Positions 39,640 to 51,597 of a stretch of DNA of 64,000 bases are shown one piece after another (the first letter of the stretch is position 1; every line of letters starts with the position of its first letter). The position numbers and the translations under genes are program-made. The DNA lies in the NCBI RefSeq assembly GCF_006345805.1, contig NC_043001.1:30566001-30630000 (forward strand), in the 5' to 3' direction. The DNA is from Octopus sinensis (taxonomy: Eukaryota). Below the pieces are notes generated by a model. It did not search any database. It worked only from the letters and a program-made list of their open reading frames with translations, and was not told the origin of the DNA.

Positions 39640-40820
39640 TAAAGATTTGTCCTTGTTTCAGACATTTGATTATGTTTCTTTTTTACGTCTTATTAACATC
39701 ATTCAGTTTTAGGACTGTTATGATACTATATTGCAAACAATGATGGCATATTGAATATTCTAGAAAGGATTGGACAAAAATATTAACATAAGTTTTATGC
39801 AAGCTACAGAATATTTATAGATTTCACAAAACGAGTTGGCAACTTGGATAATTTCATGCATGTTTGTTATTTTCTAGCAAAAAAGAGCAAGCTAGCAGAA
39901 ACATTAGAGCTTTGGCAAAAAAAAAAAATGCTTTGTGGTATTTCTTCCAATTTTTAATGTTCAAACCCACCTAGGTCAACTTTGCCTTTTATCCCCATGG
40001 GGGTTGATGAAATAAAGTAGCTCTTCTTCACGTCAAAATTGCTGGCCTTGTGCCTAAATCAGAAACCATTATTTTCTATGGAAAAGGCTTCGGATTGTTG
40101 ATTTTTAGCTATAGGAAAAACAGCTCTTTGAGTAGACGAATGAGCATTCTTGTGTTGGCAGTCTGTTATCCAATATGTTTTGACATTATGATTTGGCTAT
40201 TTCTAGCAGGTCAAGTGACTGTGTTGAGACTTTGATTTTTTTTTTTTTTTTTTTGGTAAATTTACCATATTACCAAGTCCTGAGATTTGGGTACTACTTT
40301 GATGCATCACAGTGGCAAATGTTACATGGATTACTTGAAGACAAACTTTTTTGTGATTTGGAGCAAATGAGGCTTATCACAGCTTGTATCTTTTATCTTG
40401 TTTGTCATTGGACTGTGGCTAACACTGGTGTACCATTCTAAAGGGTTTTAGTCAAACAAATTGATCCCAGCACTTATTTGTAAAACCTGGTACCTTAATC
40501 TAATGGTCACTTTTGCTGAACTGCTTAGTAACTGGAAAATAAACAAACACCAATAGTCAAGAAGTAGTGGACAAACACAATGACACACAACACACATATC
40601 TAGATATATACATCAGGTTTCTTTTGGTTTCTGTCTACCAAATCCACTCACTAGGCTTTGGTTGCCCAAGGTGACATGCAATGGAATTGAACTGGAACTA
40701 TATGGTTGGGAAGCAAGCTAATAACCACACAGCTATGCCTATGCTTATGAGTAACTGATTTATAATAGAGAAGACTAGGTGTTAAATAATAGATTTACCA
40801 TTTCAACTGCAAGACTTAGA

Positions 40821-41015
40821 TGTTAAATTTATTTCATGTACTTAGCCTATCTCAGCTTTAGTTCATTTTAAATTTAATGGTAGCATGTTAAATTTATTTC
40901 ATGTACTTAGCCTATCCCAGCTTTAGTTCATTTTAAATTTAATGGTAACATGTTAAATTTATTTCATGTACTTAGCCTATCTCAGCTTTAGTTCATTTTA
41001 AATTTAATGGTAACA
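40821..41015. repeat. Three tandem copies of a 65-bp unit just upstream of the exon 4 acceptor
   Basis: TGTTAAATTTATTTCATGTACTTAGCC... starts at 40821, 40886 and 40951. Confidence 0.92.
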
Positions 41016-41052
41016 ATCTGGTGTTAACTCTTTAAAAAAATTTTCTTTTCAG

Positions 41053-41171
41053 TGTTACATAACAAATATGATAATACTAAATCTTCCACATATAAACCAA
41101 ATGGTACAGACTTTGCTATACACTATGGAAGTGGTAGCTTAACTGGTTTCCTGAGCACAGACACAGTAAAG
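41053..41171 (+). CDS. CTSD: Cathepsin D exon 4 (flap region)
   Basis: (L)[39 protein letters not shown], with the NGT glycosylation site and YGSG flap. Canonical splice sites. Confidence 0.97.
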
Positions 41172-41592
41172 GTAAGTATTTTAAAATAGTCAGCAGAAAT
41201 TTATGTAAACTAAGAAGAATTCTATGTTTTGAACATAATAGGAATCAGCTGGGCCACTGAATTAAGTACAATTTTCATTGTTTTGCTTTTCAAATTCCTT
41301 ATTGGAGTATTGTTTTAGCTTTGTTCTTCTAAATTCCCTCCTAATCCACATTCATTGAACCATTACATTATGGCAAGCTACATTTGAAAATCGTCTGATT
41401 AGAGTGTGAAACAAGTTTTTGCTTCAGACATGACTGTGGTAAAAAGTTTTCTCCCCAACCCCATGGTTTCATGTTCAATCCCACTGTGTGGCACTTTGGG
41501 CAAGAATCACCTGTGAATAGATTTAGTAGATGGAAAATAAAAGCTCATTTTGTGGGTGGGTGTTTTTTACTCTCCTCCTCTTGATGTTACAT

Positions 41593-42120
41593 AATAATAA
41601 TAATGAAATTATTGTATACAGTGCTCAAGTGCACCACAACTTGTCAAAAAGTGCGTATAAAGCATAGGCAGTAATGTACAAATGTCTGGAAAGCGAACAA
41701 TGTATGAGTCAGATACATGCTTGTGTGCGTATGGAGGGGAGAAAATCAGGTGTAGTGTTGGCGAATCTCAGAAAGCATGGAAGTTTTGAAGGATGCAGTG
41801 CTCCGACAACTAGCAACTGATGCCAGCAGTTTGTTCCATGCTTCAGCAACTCTCAGCATGAAAAAATGTTTCCTGAAGTCATGGGAGCTGTGCTGTTTTC
41901 TGACTTTGTAAATATGCCCACGGGTGTTAGACGGGTGGAGTTTGAAAAGGTGCTCAGAGTTATTGTTTGTAAGATGGTTAATAATTTTATGGGTGTCTGC
42001 CAAGTCAAGTCAGCTGCCAGACGTCGGAGTTTCAATGTGTCCATGCACAGGGAAGTAAGGCGTTCAGAATATGGCAAATGCCTGATGGAGGGTATTCTCT
42101 TGGTTGCACGTCGCTGAACG
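41593..42120 (-). mobile_element. CR1/L2-like LINE 3' fragment
   Basis: QRRATKRIP..YSERL..L..TLKLRRL..NTRGHIYKV..FF.LRVAEAWNKL, with a (TTA)n tail. Confidence 0.85.
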
Positions 42121-42499
42121 AATTAGTTGTAAACTTGTATCATTGTCATACAAGTAATGTTCTTTGTTCCCAATTTTCTGTGAAAACGTCTGGTCATGGG
42201 GAAATTATCTTGCATGAAGACAGGTGAGGGTAAATGACAGGAAGGGCATCCATCCAGAGAAATTTCTCATTACCAAAGCAATGATGATGAAGCTTTGTGT
42301 TGAAAGTATTTTGTTTTAAGTAACTTCAGTTAATTCTTCCTAAAGATAAAATCTTATCAGTCATTATTATAGGTGCAAGTAGCTTGCTTACCAACTACAT
42401 GGTTCTTGGTTCAGTCCCACTGCGTGGCACCTTGGGCAAGTGTCTTCTACTAAAGCCTTGTGAGTGGATTTGGTAGACAAAAACTGAAAGAAGCCTGTC

Positions 42500-42606
42500 G
42501 TATATATATATGTATAATGTATGTGTGTTTGTGTATGTATATATATATATATAATGTATGTGTATTTGTGTATGTATATATATATATAATATATATAATG
42601 TGTGTG

Positions 42607-42696
<90 letters not shown>

Positions 42697-42737
42697 TAAT
42701 GTGTGTGTGTATATATATATATATAATATATATATAA

Positions 42738-42769
<32 letters not shown>

Positions 42770-42770
42770 A

Positions 42771-42803
<33 letters not shown>

Positions 42804-42806
42804 TAA

Positions 42807-42842
<36 letters not shown>

Positions 42843-42927
42843 GTGTGTGTGTGTGTGTATGTATATATATATAGTGTGTGTGTGTATATATATATATAGT
42901 GTGTGGTGTGTGTATATATATATATAT

Positions 42928-42961
<34 letters not shown>

Positions 42962-43055
42962 GTGTGTGTGTGTGTGTATATATATAATATATATAATGTT
43001 GTGTGTGTGTGTATATATATATAATGTGTGTGTGTGTATATATATATATAATGTA

Positions 43056-43121
<66 letters not shown>

Positions 43122-43314
43122 GTGTGTGTGTATGTGTATATATATATATAATGTATGTGTGTGTATATATATATAATGTGTGTGGTGTGTATATATATAT
43201 AATGTATGTGTGTGTGTATATATATATATAATGTATGTGTGTGTGTATATATATATATAATGTGTGTGTGTGTGTATATATATATAATGTATGTGTGTGT
43301 GTATATATATATAA

Positions 43315-43361
<47 letters not shown>

Positions 43362-43426
43362 ATATATATATAATGTGTGTGTGTGTGTATATATATATAA
43401 TGTGTGTGTGTGTGTATATATATATA

Positions 43427-43457
<31 letters not shown>

Positions 43458-43510
43458 GTGTGTGTGTGTGTATATATATATATGTGTGTGTGTGTGATAT
43501 ATATATATAT

Positions 43511-43542
<32 letters not shown>

Positions 43543-43615
43543 ATGTATGTGTGTGTGTGTATATATATATATATGTGTGTGTGTGTATATATATATAATG
43601 TATGTGTGTGTATAT
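42500..43615. repeat. ~1.1-kb compound (TA)n/(TG)n microsatellite expanded inside a SINE
   Basis: SINE head at ~42370-42500 and tail at ~43620-43790 flank the array. Confidence 0.9.
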
Positions 43616-44186
43616 GTTTGTCTTCCCATCGCTTGGTGTGTTTATGTCCCTGTAACTTAGTGGTTCAGCAAAAGAGACTGATAGAATAAGTACTAGGCTT
43701 ACAAAGAATAAGTCCTGGGGGCGATTTGCTCGACTAAAGGTGGTGCTCCAGCATGGCCGCAGTCAAATGACTGAAACAAGTAAAAGAGTAAAGTCAAATA
43801 AATAATCTCAAGCTTATTTTTTTTCTTGATGTACCAAAAATACAATTACATAAACTGTATGTATCTAACTAGAATTACTTATTACTTTATAATTTCATTA
43901 TGAAAGTATTTCCTGTGAAATTTTATGACTCAGTCCTTAAGTATTTAGATTGGTCTTTCAAATGTAATGCTTATTTATTCATGTTTTGAATTTATTCATG
44001 CATTGTCTAGTCACTTTGAGATTTCAACGATATGGTTGCTCATCTTTAGAATGATATTGTAGGGTAGGTGTGAAAGATTACATCTGGTCAGATTGAGCAT
44101 AAAACGGGTAGAATATTTGGGCTGGATATGGCTGGTTAAAATGCTGCAGGGTTAAACATTTTCTTGTGCAATTTTGTATTTTGTAG

Positions 44187-44386
44187 ATTGGAGAGATCGC
44201 TGTAAAAGATCAAACATTTGCTGAAGCCACAAATCAACCTGGAATTGTGTTTGTTGCTGCTAAGTTTGATGGTATTCTTGGAATGGGATATGACACTATT
44301 TCTGTTGATGGAGTTGAACCTGTTTTCTATAGCATGGTGGATCAAAAAGTTGTAGATAGTCCTGTGTTTTCTTTCTATCTCAACCG
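44187..44386 (+). CDS. CTSD: Cathepsin D exon 5
   Basis: [66 protein letters not shown](R). Confidence 0.97.
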
Positions 44387-44643
44387 GTATGTTGACTCTC
44401 AAAATTTGGAGTGCATGATATTTTTTTTTTTAAATGTAAAATATTAAATTGTAGATTGTAAAAAGATATAGAAATGCAATATTTCGATGATCTTTGAATT
44501 TGTTTACTAAAACTTTCTGTTTATGCAACCCTTTCAATATTTTCTATTTTTTATTATAAGTCTGTTCTCTCATGATGTTTATGTTGTTTATTCGAACATA
44601 AATATATTAAGATGAATTATTTATTTTTCTATTTACAATTTAG

Positions 44644-44766
44644 TAATCCCGATGCCCAGGAAGGTGGTGAATTGATTTTGGGAGGAACAGATCCTAAACA
44701 CTACGTTGGCAATATGACTTATGTACCTGTCACTAAGAAGGGTTACTGGCAGATTAAAATGGACAG
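44644..44766 (+). CDS. CTSD: Cathepsin D exon 6
   Basis: [40 protein letters not shown](S); splice phases consistent. Confidence 0.97.
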
Positions 44767-46736
44767 GTATATTTTTGTAAATTAGATTAAATCTTTCCTT
44801 TTTTCTTCTCTTTTTTCCACATTTTCATCCTTTAGGTGGTATATTGGTTTATACCAATTGGTATATACCAATATACCAAGGCATATTGGTATATACTAGA
44901 AGGCACATACTAAAATTGCCTTTTGGTATTTGTTGTGACTCTTTACATTCTGAGTTTGAATCTTTTTGAGACCAACTTAGATTTTCATTCCTTTGGGGGT
45001 CAATAAAATAAAGAACCTGCCTAATACTAAAGCTGATTGTATCAAAATTGCTGGCCTTGTGCCTAAATTAGAAATAATTATTTTTAATATTATGGCAGTT
45101 AATTGGCAGAATCCTCAGAGCCCAAGACAAAATTATCCTGTAGTACTTATTACTGCATGTTAGCTGCTGAAATAAAATGTTACTGAGCCTTTCAACTAAG
45201 CCTTTCCTCTTTCTATGCTTTATAAAATGAAGTAACATTAGTTGTCAAGCAAGGACACACATACATGTAAGATGTACCAAATTTTCTCACAAAGCATTGA
45301 TTGGCCCAATAAAACAGTAGTAAACTATTTTCTTAGGTTTCATTTAGTGGGAATGAAACCAAAACCACATGTCTGCAGAGCAAACTTAACCCTACAACTG
45401 TGCCTTCATCTGTTAGTGGAAATACTTTATACTTATCACCAGGCGCAGGAGTGGCTGTGTGGTAAGTAGCTTGCTAATCAACCACATGGTTCCGGGTTCA
45501 GTCCCACCGCGTGGCATCTTGGGCAGGTGTCTTCTACTATAGCCCCAGGCCGACCAATGCCTTGTGAGTGGATTTGGTAGACAGAAACTGAAAGAAGCTT
45601 GTCGTATATATGTATATATGTATGTATGTGTGTTTGTGTGTCTGTGTTTGTCCCCCTAACATTGCTTGACAACCGATGCTGGTGTGTTTACGTCCCCGTC
45701 ACTTAGCGGTTCGGCAAAAGAGACCGATAGAATAAGTACTGGGCTTACAAAGAATAAGTCCCGGGGTCGATTTGCTTGACTAAAAGGCGGTGCTCCAGCA
45801 TGGCCGCAGTCAACTGACTGAAACAAGTAAAAGAGTAAAAGAGAGGGATGTTGAGCCTGGTGTAATTATTACTATGTAATATTTTCTGTTACTAATGCGG
45901 CGAGCTGGCAGACTCACTACCATGCTGGGCAAAATGCTTAGCAGCATTTCTTCTGACTTAACATTGAGTTCAAATGCCATCGGTTGGTTTTGGTTTTCAT
46001 CCTTTCAGGGTCAGTAAAATAAGTACCAGTTGAACGCTGGGCTTGTTGTAATCAACTTAGCTTGCTGACCTTGTGCCAAAATTTGAAAGCAATATTTTCT
46101 GTTAATATATTTATTTTTAGTAATTCTTTAACATAGTCAGGCGTAGGAGCTTATCGACCACATGGTTCAGGGTTCAGTCCCACTGCGTGGCACCTTGGGC
46201 AAGTGTCTTCTACTATAGCCTTGGGCCTACCAAAGCCTTGTGAGTGGATTTGGTAGACGGAAACTGAAAGAAGCCCGTTGTATATATATATATGTATGTG
46301 TTTGTGTGTCTGTGTTTATGTCCCCGTAACTTAGCAGTTCGGCAAAAGAGACCAATAAAATAAGTACTAGGCTTACAAAGAATAAGTCCTGGGGTCGAAT
46401 TGCTCGACTAAAGGTGGTGCTCCAGCATGGACACAGTCAAATGGCTGAAACAAGTAAAAGAGACAAACTTCTGTTTGAAGATAGGTGGCAATTCTTTCTC
46501 ATCCTCTGCAGGAATTTCATACAAGCTTTGTCAATAAAAAAATGCATGGACTCATTGTTGAGTACACATTAAGTTCTCATTTTAATTTCTACTTGAAAGT
46601 ATTTTACCAAATTACTTCAGAATTGCATGAATGTTGCTACTTCTATATATGCGAGGCTTAGTGCTTATTTTTTTTGAAATTCATGTTAATCTGTTAAATT
46701 TTTGTTTTATCAACAATATTGTATTTTCTTATGCAG

Positions 46737-46878
46737 CATAACAGTGAAAAATAGTACATTCTGTAAAGGTGGTTGCGCAGCTATTGCTGATACTGGTACT
46801 TCTCTTATTGCTGGCCCAACAGCTGAAGTCGCTGAGCTCAATAAGTTAATTGGAACTAGACCTATACCTGGTGGCGAG
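46737..46878 (+). CDS. CTSD: Cathepsin D exon 7 (second catalytic DTG)
   Basis: [47 protein letters not shown]. Confidence 0.97.
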
Positions 46879-48180
46879 GTATTTTACATAAATTTTCTCA
46901 ATTTTTATTTTGTATGTCTGTAGCTTTGATAATTAGTTTTAATTTTTTTTTTGTCATATACAAAGCGAAATCGAAATCGAATTGAACCAGCCAGGATCCC
47001 TGGTCTGGTGGTACGTAAAAAGCACTATCCAACTCGTGGCCGATGCCAGCACCGCCTTGACTGGCTTCCGTGCCGGTGGCACATAAAATACACCAATCTG
47101 ACCGTGGCCGTTGCCAGCCCCGCCTGGCACCTGTGCAGGTGGCACGTAAAAAGCACCCACTACACTCACGGAGTGGTTGGCGTTAGGAAGGGCATCCAGC
47201 TGTAGAAACATTGCCAAATTAGACTGGAGCCTGGTGCAGCCTTCTGGCTTCCCAGAACCCCGGTCGAACCGTCCAACCCATGCTAGCATGGAGAACGGAC
47301 GTTAAACGATGATGATGATGATGATGACATAGACAGGCAGAGGCAGTTGCTGTGTGGTTATGAAGTTTGCTTCACAATCGCATTGTTTTAGGGCTCAGTC
47401 TCTCTGCATGGTACTTTGGGCAGGTGCCTACCATTGATGTCAACGATTAACATTCTTATAGAGTACTCACTCTTCATAGAGTACTTAGAGTCACTAGGTA
47501 GCTCAAAAACAGATTTTTTTTCAAGTGAATAAAGAGCAGTGCAGATATTGACATGTTCTAAGATTCTTTTCACTTAGTTCATGTGGAGCCTACTTGCCAT
47601 GCTTAGGCATAGTCCCAAGTTCTTACAAATGATAATAAACAGTTGATAATGATGAATTAACCCATTCTGCTAACTCTTCAGCAGTTCCATTTGGATTTCT
47701 TCCAGTAGCAGCTTTCAATACATCATTATCAAGAGACAGGGCGCTCAGAGCAGCACACACCTTCCAAACTAAAGTCCCCTTGTCAAAATTTATGGAACCA
47801 TCATTGGCACTTGCAAATATTCAAAACACCTTCACCATATACTTCTTGCACTTTTTTTTTTTTTTTTAATGGCATTTGTTGCCTTTTTCATACTCATAAA
47901 GCATGACATATCTGATGTGTTCTGCTGTGACCTCGCATTTTCATGAGGGTCTATTAAAGCAACAAATTGTTACTTGTGTGTCTGCAAGCTAGAATCTAAC
48001 CAACTGAGGCTTTCCTTGCTCTGTGGTATTAATGCACCTGTGAAAATATCTTGTTTAAACATGTTAGAGCAGGTTTCAACAAGTATGGTCTGAAAAAACA
48101 ACATAACTTATGAGAAGACCTGTATATAGCTTTGTATGCTAAAAATTTCCAATAACATGTTTTCTGTTTTTCTTTTCCAG

Positions 48181-48279
48181 AATCTGGTCGATTGTGGTAG
48201 CATTCCTTCATTGCCTGCTATAACCTTCACTTTAGGCGGTAAAAGTTTCACTTTGAGTGGCGCAGATTATGTACTTAAG
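48181..48279 (+). CDS. CTSD: Cathepsin D exon 8
   Basis: [33 protein letters not shown]; ttccag| acceptor and AAG|gtaagt donor, phase 0. Confidence 0.95.
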
Positions 48280-48882
48280 GTAAGTCAAATTTAGTAATAC
48301 CTGTATGTATGTGTGTGTGTGTGTGTGTATCAAATCTCATCTAATGTCCACTTTTTCATATTTGGATGGGTCAGTCAGAATTTGTTGAAGCTAGTTTTCT
48401 GTAACATGATGGCCAGATATTTTTTCGTGGCAGACTGGAAATGGACAGCATGCTTGTTTATATCCTTCATGCACTGTCAGAACAAAGGTACACACAAGCA
48501 CATGTACATGACTTCTTTCAGTTTCTGTCTACCATATCTAACAAGACTTTGTTGGCTCAGAGCTGTAACAGAAGACACTTGCTTAAGGTGCTGCATAGCG
48601 GGACTCAACCGAAGACCATATGGTTGGGAAGCAAGCTTCTTAACCACATGGCCATGCTTGCACCTTAGCTCCTTTTCAGCAAGACAGTTGTCCCTCTATC
48701 ATATTTTCATCTCCCTCAATACTATACTCTGTTCAGCTGAGAAGCTTTGTCTTGTGACTACTTGGTGACCTTACATGGAAAAAGCTTCCTGTAAAGTAGT
48801 TGGCATTAGGAAGGGCATCCATCTATAGAAACATCCAGTGCAGATAATGTAGCTCAGCATAGTCCTCTAACTTGACAGATTC

Positions 48883-49369
48883 TACATTATTTACATTTGA
48901 TGGATATTTGTCCCCATCTTGTTTGTTGTTAACACAACATTTTGGCTGATATACCCTCCAGCCTTCGTCAGGTGTCTTGGAGGAAATTTCAAACTTGGGT
49001 TCTCATTTCCTAATGTATTTTTCGATATTATTATTATTATTATTCAGGTCACTGCCTGGAATCGAACTCGGGATCTTGGGGTTAGTAGCCCGCGCTCTTA
49101 ACCACTATGGGCACATGATGTAGTGGTTAAGAGCGCGGTCTACTAACCCCAAGATTCCGAGTTTGATTCCAGGCAGTGACCTGAATAATGATAACAAAAG
49201 AAAAATACATTAGGAATGAGAACCCAGATTCGAAATTTCCCCCAAGACACCTGACAAAGGCTGGAGAGTATATCAGCTGAAACGTTGTGTTAACAAACAA
49301 GATGAGGACAAATATCCGTCAAATGTAAATAATGTACATAATTCCTTGTTTCTTAAATATAGAACTGTA
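48883..49369. mobile_element. Palindromic tRNA-head + hammerhead retroelement flanked by a target-site duplication
   Basis: Arms 48883-49107 and 49121-49336. tRNA-like A/B boxes at the centre and HHR motifs at ~48927-48976(-) and 49246-49291(+). TTGACAGATTC is duplicated at 48872-48882 and 49370-49380. Confidence 0.85.
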
Positions 49370-49507
49370 TTGACAGATTCTGTTGCCAGCATGGAAAATG
49401 GACATTAAATGATAATGATATAGAAAAACCTGCATTTAAGTTCCCTTAATATTTTTGAAAACTTTGTCAGTATGTTTTTTTTTTTTTTATTTTAATGAAT
49501 ATTTCAG

Positions 49508-49672
49508 GTAAAGTCAATGGGAGAAGTTCTCTGCTTGAGTGGTTTCATGGGACTTGACATTCCAAAGCCAGCTGGACCCCTTTGGATTCTAGGGGATGTA
49601 TTTCTAGGACCCAACTATGCTGAATTTGATCTCAAGAATAACCGGGTGGGGTTTGCAAAGTCAAGGAACTAA
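49508..49672 (+). CDS. CTSD: Cathepsin D alternative last exon 9a (391-aa isoform)
   Basis: tttcag| then [54 protein letters not shown]. Phase 0, uninterrupted. Confidence 0.88.
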   Translation, partial: VKSMGEVLCLSGFMGLDIPKPAGPLWILGDVFLGPNYAEFDLKNNRVGFAKSRN

Positions 49673-50491
49673 AAGGAAAGATCTGTTTATATTTTGCGTG
49701 CACTTATAGTGGGTTCATCTTTTAGTGTCTTTTTTTCTCCCCCACTCCCTCTACTTGCTTTGCTTCTCTGTTGAAGCTTCAAATAGTTTGTAGGTTTCTT
49801 TTGTAGCTGCATGCTTGGTTAATCTGCATGAGAACTTTTCCTTCAGTTTCATAAATCTGTCAAACTGCACCAGTACAAATTTTCTTCTTGACGTTATACT
49901 TTCTGGGGCGTTTTAAATTAATCCAAGTCCCCCCTCCTCCCCATCAGTTCTATGGTACATTAAAGAAGTATTGAGATTACAAAGTTTTTTGTACTTGAAT
50001 GTTAAATGAGTTAACAATTCGAGTTATGAAAGAGTAACAATTTTTTTTTCACTCCCAAGTGTACCTAATTACATATTATCACGGTTCTTCCAAAGAGCTG
50101 CTTAAAGACTTATTTATATGCATTAAAAAAAATTTAATCTAGACGGGTGGAATATTGAAAAAATTATTTAGCAGCATGGATCATCTCATTATTTCTGTTT
50201 TGCTTTATTTGAATATTGCTTTGGTGTTTTCATTTTGCATGTATCTTTTTTAGATATTAATATCATCTCTTAAAAAAAAATTTTTTTATGGCTTTTTAAT
50301 TTTAAAATAATCTCCATTAATGCACTATCATTTATTATTTCTCACCATTCTTCCATCCTATTAAAATTCCATTCAACTTCTTTTTAATTTTCTCTTTTTT
50401 TTAACCATTCTATGAATAATTTTGTAATATATATTAGTTTTAATTACTTTAAATTATTACTCATCAATGTGGACATGCCATTATCTCGCAG

Positions 50492-50653
50492 GTAACTCAA
50501 GCTGGACAGACAATTTGTTTAAGTGGCTTTATGGGAATTGACATTCCTCCTCCCGCAGGGCCACTGTGGATATTGGGAGATGTTTTTATTGGAAAATATT
50601 ACACAACATTTGATGCTAAAGGTGACAGAGTTGGTTTTGCTCCTAGTAAATAA
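50492..50653 (+). CDS. CTSD: Cathepsin D alternative last exon 9b (390-aa isoform, canonical polyproline loop)
   Basis: tcgcag| then [53 protein letters not shown]. Phase 0, uninterrupted. Confidence 0.92.
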   Translation, partial: VTQAGQTICLSGFMGIDIPPPAGPLWILGDVFIGKYYTTFDAKGDRVGFAPSK

Positions 50654-50776
50654 ATCAAAAATATTTTATATACATACAATATTAAAGCAAGATCCCTGCT
50701 ATTCCTTTTTCCTGTAAAAAGAAAGCATTTTCACCACCTGCTATTTGTGCCTCTTTTTTTATTTTTCTAATGATAG

Positions 50777-50782
50777 AATAAA
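50777..50782 (+). terminator. Likely polyadenylation signal of cathepsin D
   Basis: AATAAA ~125 nt after the 9b stop, followed by a GT/T-rich tract at ~50803-50820. Confidence 0.6.
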
Positions 50783-51591
50783 AATGTCTTTATTTCATAA
50801 AAATTGTGTTTTTTTTTTTTCTTCTTTGATACATTTAATGATGCATGCATGTACAGACACATACAAATAACTAGAGCTGAGTATAGCTACAGTCTAATGA
50901 CTGAAGCGAATAAGATACAAATTAAAGTTTGTTTCACATCTGTTGCTTTGACTTAATTTTATGCTTTTTAAGTTGGTCTTTATTGTAGCCACTTTTTAAA
51001 AAAAAAGTTTAAGCCAAGTGAAAGTGAATCTTTTAAAGACACAATTGATTAGATTTTCTAAGATAGCAACAACTATTCCTAACTAATGTGCTGAATTATT
51101 TGTAATAAGCCAACCTTACAATCATAGCTATGTTAAAATGGAAAAAAAGAAAAAAAAAGCACTTTGGAATAAAAGTCACATTCTTAAAGGATTCAGTTAG
51201 TTTTTGCTATTTGCTGTTAACCAACATGATTTCAAATTTTGGCACAAGTATCAGTAATTTCAGGAAGTGGCTATGTCAATTACATCGATCCCAGGGTTCA
51301 ACTGGTACTTATTTTATTGACTCTGCAAGGATGGAAAAGTCAACTTTGGAATTTGAACTCAGAACATAAGGAGGGATGAAATGCCCTTAAGCATTTTGCC
51401 CAGCATACTAATGCTTCTGCCACCTTTTAACCAACATAATGTACGGATGAATGTACAAGATTGTGTAATGAAATTGAAAACTATTGTAATACTGTTTGCT
51501 TTCATTCCCTCTGCTGTATATTGGCAAAAATACAAGCTGTAATAGAAGAATGGTAAATTATTCTAGGATTCAAATCAAAATGGAAATTTGG

Positions 51592-51597
51592 TTTATT
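51592..51597 (-). terminator. Candidate polyadenylation signal of SDHAF2
   Basis: AATAAA on the minus strand ~160 nt after the stop. Confidence 0.45.

Noticed and set aside
42388-43629. 413-aa ORF and many similar YI/HT/CV-rich ORFs (e.g. 4863-5384, 18345-18888)
   Set aside because: These are translations of (TA)n/(TG)n/(TATG)n microsatellites that happen to lack stops, not genes.
49109-49181. Functional tRNA gene
   Set aside because: The stems are imperfect and it is embedded in a TSD-flanked repeat, so it is treated as a SINE-like head.
50492-50653. Separate second cathepsin gene or processed pseudogene
   Set aside because: No duplicate upstream exons lie between 9a and 9b. It has an intact acceptor at the exact exon boundary and an open frame, which fits an alternative last exon.
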